Shown here in pieces: positions 59,388 through 64,000 of a stretch of DNA of 64,000 nucleotides (positions within the stretch are counted from its first letter, which is position 1; each line of letters starts with the position of its first letter). Source of the stretch: an uncultured Alphaproteobacteria bacterium (GTDB lineage: Bacteria; Pseudomonadota; Alphaproteobacteria; Rhodobacterales; Rhodobacteraceae); contig CAVVOC010000003.1 in the NCBI GenBank assembly GCA_963749855.1, positions 308,900 through 372,899 on the forward strand, read 5' to 3'. The notes under the pieces were generated by a model. It was given only the letters and a program-made list of their open reading frames with translations. It was not told the DNA's origin and did not search any database. The translations under genes and the position numbers were made by a program.

Positions 59388-60731
59388 ATGAGCCTGCTTG
59401 AGGACATCCGGTTCGGATACGGACCCCTCGCGGGCGTGCCCAGCCCCGGCGAGGGCGTCGATCCGGACCGGCTGCTGGCGCAGTTCGACCGGCCCGACCC
59501 CGCACTCGATGCGTTCCGTCGCCCCGGCACGGAAGAGCGGAAGCGCCTGATGCAGGAGTTGCGTCGCCAGAACAGGGAACGCCGGCAGGGCCAGGCGATT
59601 GACCGGGAAGACAGCGCGTCGCGTCAGTTGAAGGACATGTTCCAGCAGGACACGCTCGCCTTCGTGCTGCTGCCGGTGGCGGCGACGAACGGCTTTGTCG
59701 AGCGTCTGGTGAACCTTTGGTCGAACCGCCTGACCGTCGCGGTGGCGTCGAACGCGGGCACCTTCATCCAGCCGTTCCGGGACGAGGTCGTGCGCGCCCA
59801 TCTGACGGGGCGCTTCGCCGACATGCTGCGCGCCGCGCTCTGGCATCCGGCGATGCTGATCTACCTGAACCAGAACGCCTCGGTCGGTCCCGGCTCCAGC
59901 CTTGCCATGCGCAAGGACCGGGGCCTGAACGAGAACCTCGCGCGCGAGTTTCTCGAGTTGCACTCGATGGGCATGGGATACGACCAGTCGGACGTGACCG
60001 AACTTGCCCGCCTGCTTGCGGGGATGCGCAACGACGCGCGCGGCCGGGGCATGAACCTCACGGCCGTCACCCCCGGCCCCAAGGTCATCCTGGGGCAGCG
60101 GTATGGCGATGACGACCCCGAGGCCGAGATCGACCGGATGGTCGAGACGGTGGCGGCGCGGCCCGAAACCGCGCGCTCCGTCGGCCACATGCTGGCGCGC
60201 CACTTCATCGCCGACGATCCGCCGCCCGATCTGGTGGACGAGCTGACGCGCGCCTACCTCGGATCGGACGGGGCCCTGCTGCCGCTTTACCGCACGCTCC
60301 TGTCCCATCCGGCGGCCAGCTATCCGCAACTGGCGAAGCTGCGCAGCCCGCAGGACTACGCGGCGGCGGGCCTGCGCGCGCTTGGGCTGACGGGGCAGGA
60401 AACCGCCCTGCCCGGGCTGCACAAGCGCCGTGGCTTCCGCCTGCCCGAGGCGTTGGCGCGGATGGGTCAACCGATCTTCCGCGCCCGCCGCCCGGACGGC
60501 TGGCCCGAGACGGCCCAGGGCTGGCTGACCGCGCCGATGATGGCCGCGCGGATCGACTTCGCCGCCGACCTTGCCCGCGCCGCCGGAGATCGCTCCGATC
60601 CGGTCGGGTTGTGCGACGGGGTTCTGGGCGGTCTCGCCAACCCGGCGCTGCGCCCCTCGATCCAGGGGGCCGAACAGCGGTGGGAGGGCGTCGCGGTGCT
60701 GCTCGGCTCGCCCGATTTCATGCGGAGGTAG
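59388..60731 (+). CDS. DUF1800 family protein
   Basis: ERLVNLWSN, HPAMLIYLN, NENLAREFLELH, PDGWP, SPDFMRR. Confidence 0.9.
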   Translation: MSLLEDIRFGYGPLAGVPSPGEGVDPDRLLAQFDRPDPALDAFRRPGTEERKRLMQELRRQNRERRQGQAIDREDSASRQLKDMFQQDTLAFVLLPVAATNGFVERLVNLWSNRLTVAVASNAGTFIQPFRDEVVRAHLTGRFADMLRAALWHPAMLIYLNQNASVGPGSSLAMRKDRGLNENLAREFLELHSMGMGYDQSDVTELARLLAGMRNDARGRGMNLTAVTPGPKVILGQRYGDDDPEAEIDRMVETVAARPETARSVGHMLARHFIADDPPPDLVDELTRAYLGSDGALLPLYRTLLSHPAASYPQLAKLRSPQDYAAAGLRALGLTGQETALPGLHKRRGFRLPEALARMGQPIFRARRPDGWPETAQGWLTAPMMAARIDFAADLARAAGDRSDPVGLCDGVLGGLANPALRPSIQGAEQRWEGVAVLLGSPDFMRR

Positions 60732-60733
60732 CG

Positions 60734-61900
60734 ATGACACGCCTTCTTCTGTCCCGCCGGTCGTTCCTGATCGGCTGCGGTATGGCCAGCCCGCTCATGG
60801 CTCCGGTGACCTTCGCCGCCACGCCGGGCGAGAACCGGCTGGTCGTCATCCTGTTGCGCGGCGCAATGGACGGGCTCGACGTGGTGCGCCCGGTGGGCGA
60901 CCCGGCCTATGCCGCGCTGCGCCCGAAGCTGCTGGCCGAGGCACCGGACTCGCTTCCCCTCGACGGCTTTTTCACGCTGCACCCGGCGCTTGGACCCCTC
61001 CACCCGCTCTGGTCGCAGGGCGAGTTCGCCTTTGCCCATGCCGTGGCCCTGCCCTACCGCCAGGGTCGCAGCCATTTCGTGGCGCAGGACGCGCTGGAGA
61101 ATGGGTCGGGCGACGTGCAGGGCGCGCTGTCGGTCGCGCGCGACGGATGGCTGAACCGCGCCATCGGCCTGATCCCCGGGGCCACGGCGGAAACCGGAGT
61201 GTCGGTGGGGCAGGAACGGATGATGATCCTCGACGGCAGCGCGCCGACCGCGCACTGGTATCCGGCGGACGACAGCCAGTTGTCGGCACAGGCGCGGCTG
61301 CTGCTGTCGGAGTTGCACCGCGCCGACCCGCTGACGGGGCCGGTCTTTGCCGAGGCGATGGAGCTTGCCACCCTGACCGAGGACGAGCGCATCCCGCGCG
61401 AGGCGCAGGCGCTGGCAGTTCTGGGCGGCTATGTCGCCGAACGGCTGCGCGGCAGCGCCCGCATCGCGGCGCTGTCGATCGGCGGCTGGGACACGCATCA
61501 GCGGCAGGCGAAGACGCTGGACGAGCGGCTGGGGGCGCTGTCCTCGGTCATCACCGGGCTGAAGGACGGGCTCGGACGCGACTGGGGCACGACCCTCGTG
61601 CTGGCGCTGACCGAGTTCGGGCGCACCGCGCGCGAGAACGGATCGGCCGGGACGGATCATGGGACGGGCGGGGTGATGCTGGCCTTCGGGGGCGCGCTCA
61701 GGGGCGGGCGGGCCTTCGGGCAATGGCCGGGGCTGGGCCCGTCGGACCTGCTGGAGGACCGCGACCTGCTGCCCACCGAGGACTTGCGGCGCTACCCCGC
61801 CCATGCGCTGCGCAGCCTCTTCGGGCTGGACGCGGCGGGGCTGGAAGGGGTCGTGTTTCCGGGCCTCGATGCGGGCAGCGATCCGGGGCTGGTGCTGTGA
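60734..61900 (+). CDS. DUF1501 family protein (Tat signal)
   Basis: SRRSFL, LRGAMDGL, RSHF.AQ, GGWDTH, TEFGRT, GTDHG. Confidence 0.9.
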   Translation: MTRLLLSRRSFLIGCGMASPLMAPVTFAATPGENRLVVILLRGAMDGLDVVRPVGDPAYAALRPKLLAEAPDSLPLDGFFTLHPALGPLHPLWSQGEFAFAHAVALPYRQGRSHFVAQDALENGSGDVQGALSVARDGWLNRAIGLIPGATAETGVSVGQERMMILDGSAPTAHWYPADDSQLSAQARLLLSELHRADPLTGPVFAEAMELATLTEDERIPREAQALAVLGGYVAERLRGSARIAALSIGGWDTHQRQAKTLDERLGALSSVITGLKDGLGRDWGTTLVLALTEFGRTARENGSAGTDHGTGGVMLAFGGALRGGRAFGQWPGLGPSDLLEDRDLLPTEDLRRYPAHALRSLFGLDAAGLEGVVFPGLDAGSDPGLVL

Positions 61901-61912
61901 CAGGCCGTCGGG

Positions 61913-62606
61913 TCAGATCCAGTCGAGATTGACCTTCGCTGCCAGCTCGGGCACGGCCAGCGCGGCCCGAAGCGCGCGGTAGCGCGGGCGCAGGTGCGGG
62001 AACTTGCGCTCGTGCGTCTCGGCGACAAGGCAGCGGACATGCCCGAACAGCGCCTCGCGCCCCATCGCCTCGAGGATGTCAAGCTCCGCCCCCTCGATAT
62101 CCATCTTGACGAAGGCTATGGGAACGGAGGCGCCCCGCTTTCGAAGAAAGGCTGGAAAATCGACCAGCGGCACGTCGAACCCCTCGCCCGCGCCGATCCC
62201 CCGCCCGGCCTCGACGATGGTGCTCTTGACAGAGGCGCCCTTGCGGTTCTTCTCGAAATTCTCGGCGCGCATCAGGCGGACCGTGCCTGTCCCGATGCCC
62301 ACGGCGGCCTGCACGAGCGTGACGTTGGCGAGGCCGCTGAATTTTTCCTGAAGGATCGCAAAGGAATAGGGGTCCGGCTCGAAAGCCACGACATCGGCCC
62401 CGGTCGCGGCCAGCCGTTCGGTCACAACGCCGAGGTTCGCGCCGCAATCCACCGCCAGGTCGCCGGGCCGGAGCATGGCGGCGATCCCGGTCAGATAGCC
62501 CTCGGCCCAGGCCTTGCGCAGGTTGCGCTTGTGGCGGCGGATCAGCGCCGCGGCCTTCTGCTCGGTCTCAAGGGTCGCTGACGGGCGGATCGTCCGGCCC
62601 TGTCAC
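61913..62606 (-). CDS. FkbM-family methyltransferase (start uncertain)
   Basis: DCGANLG, AFEPDP, VKMDIEGAE. Confidence 0.85.
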
Positions 62607-63419
62607 TCCTCCAGCGCCCCGGCGGGATTGACGCCAAGCTCGGCGCACATCCGCGCGGCGTAGGAATTGGGCAGCGGCGGGTTCTTGCGCCACCAGGGCC
62701 GCGTACCGTTGGTGTAAAGGTGCACCGACAGCGTCCTGTCGGTGAAATGCCCCTCAACCCGGCCATGCGGATCGTAGAACACGTCGTTCAGCTGGAACGG
62801 CACGGGATAAAGCACGTCCGGCGTCTGCGCCTTGTCATAGTCGCCCGTCTGCTGCGCGAACCAGGTGAAGGCCTGCGGCCCAAAGGCCGTCCGCTCGGCG
62901 TTGTAGATGCGCACGGCCTGCGGCAGCGAGGCATCCTGCCGCTCCAGCCGCTTGCGCTGCTGCTTGTTGAACCAGGCCGGGGCGGCGCGGCAGGTTCTCG
63001 TAGTAGTCGAGCAGCCGCGCGATCAGCTCGCCCTCGCGCGGGATATAGACGACACCACAGTTCAGCGCCCCGCGAAAGCCGTGGCCCGCGTAGATATGGG
63101 TCATCTCGTCGGGAAAGGGCCGGTGGCAGAAGGCGTCGCAGTCGATCCAGACGGCATCGGTGGCCTGGATCATCTTGTAGCGGAAGACGTTGGACAGGAA
63201 GGATTCCGAGGTCTGGCTGACGATGTCCATGTCGATGGCCATGATCTCGGACGCCGGCCGCACCGTGACCCCCTCGGGCACGTTCGCGACCGTATCGGTG
63301 CAGTAGAGCGTCGTCGGATGGCCCTGCCGGACATGGCTGAGCAGGCAAAGCTGGTTGAGGTAATGCAGCTTCTCCCCGATCCAGAGGGAGGCGACGGGCC
63401 GTCGTTCGGGAGTTGCCAC
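62603..63419 (-). CDS. DXD glycosyltransferase (GT32-like), frameshift near 62985
   Basis: SLWIG..L..LCLLS, SNVFRY, WIDCD, FGPQAFT, VLYP, SVHL. Confidence 0.7.
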
Positions 63420-63874
63420 GGGAACCTCTTGGGGGTGGGCTGTTCGCGGCGATCAAATACGAAGCGAAGGGCCTTGCCAAGCGGCGCTGATGTCTGGCGA
63501 CCCCGGAAGGTGTGAAACAAGCCATACGGATCAAAGAGCTACGCTGTAAACAGATCGAAAACCTGACCAAGGTATATCAATGGCTTGCGGACCCCTCTGT
63601 AAACGGTTTCCCCACCGACCGAACCGCTGACCTCTTCGATGTGAACGAAGCGCGGCCTCGCCAAGGTACTGATTTTTCGTCAGAGGTCCTGTTTTTATTG
63701 GGGCCGCGTTCTCGATCTGTCCAACCTGTCAGGGTTCATGCAGGTTCAGTGAACCCCCGCACGCTTTGTAAGTTATCCACAGCCTTCCGCGCACGTCAAC
63801 TTCCGTGGCCCCACGGTCCCATTCCAAACTCAGAACCGACCACCTCACGCAACCCTGAAACAAGGACTAGCAGC

Positions 63875-64000
63875 ATGTTCAGCATCACAAGCGTTGAAGA
63901 GAAACTTCCCGAACTTAAGAACGCCAGCCTCGAAGATATCCAGGAGATGATGAAGATGCTCGGCACCTACGCCGAGCGACATCTCCGGGCCAAGAAGCAG
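63875..64000 (+). CDS. Partial ORF running off the right edge (possibly an H-NS-like N-terminus)
   Basis: RBS AAGGA; MFSITSVEEKLPELKNASLEDIQEMMKMLGTYAERHLRAKKQ, helical. Confidence 0.5.
   Translation, partial: MFSITSVEEKLPELKNASLEDIQEMMKMLGTYAERHLRAKKQ

Overview
High-GC alphaproteobacterial chromosome segment; gene content and order (gatCA, rnpB, rpmG, yebC, mgtE, guaD, XRE and DUF1127 genes) look Rhodobacteraceae-like. Many core genes are split by single-base indels, most likely long-read assembly errors, so gene ends are often approximate. Most of the window is housekeeping and envelope/glycan genes. The standout is an indel-free accessory block at about 37.9-43.0 kb. It holds (i) a three-gene MNIO/DUF692 RiPP-like operon: its own sigma70 promoter, an 85-aa signal-less precursor with a single Cys in a central LTGHPCMSG motif, an intergenic hairpin, the DUF692 enzyme and a partner protein; and (ii) a full-length CMP-Neu5Ac hydroxylase (CMAH)-like Rieske/metallo-beta-lactamase gene beside an NAD(P)H oxidoreductase. 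Also notable are a secreted single-domain APCDD1-like protein, an xpaC-telA-DUF2927-SPFH-zinc-ribbon envelope-stress operon, a glycosyltransferase/FkbM cluster and dispersed short intergenic repeats. All family calls come from motif recognition by eye; no database searches were run.
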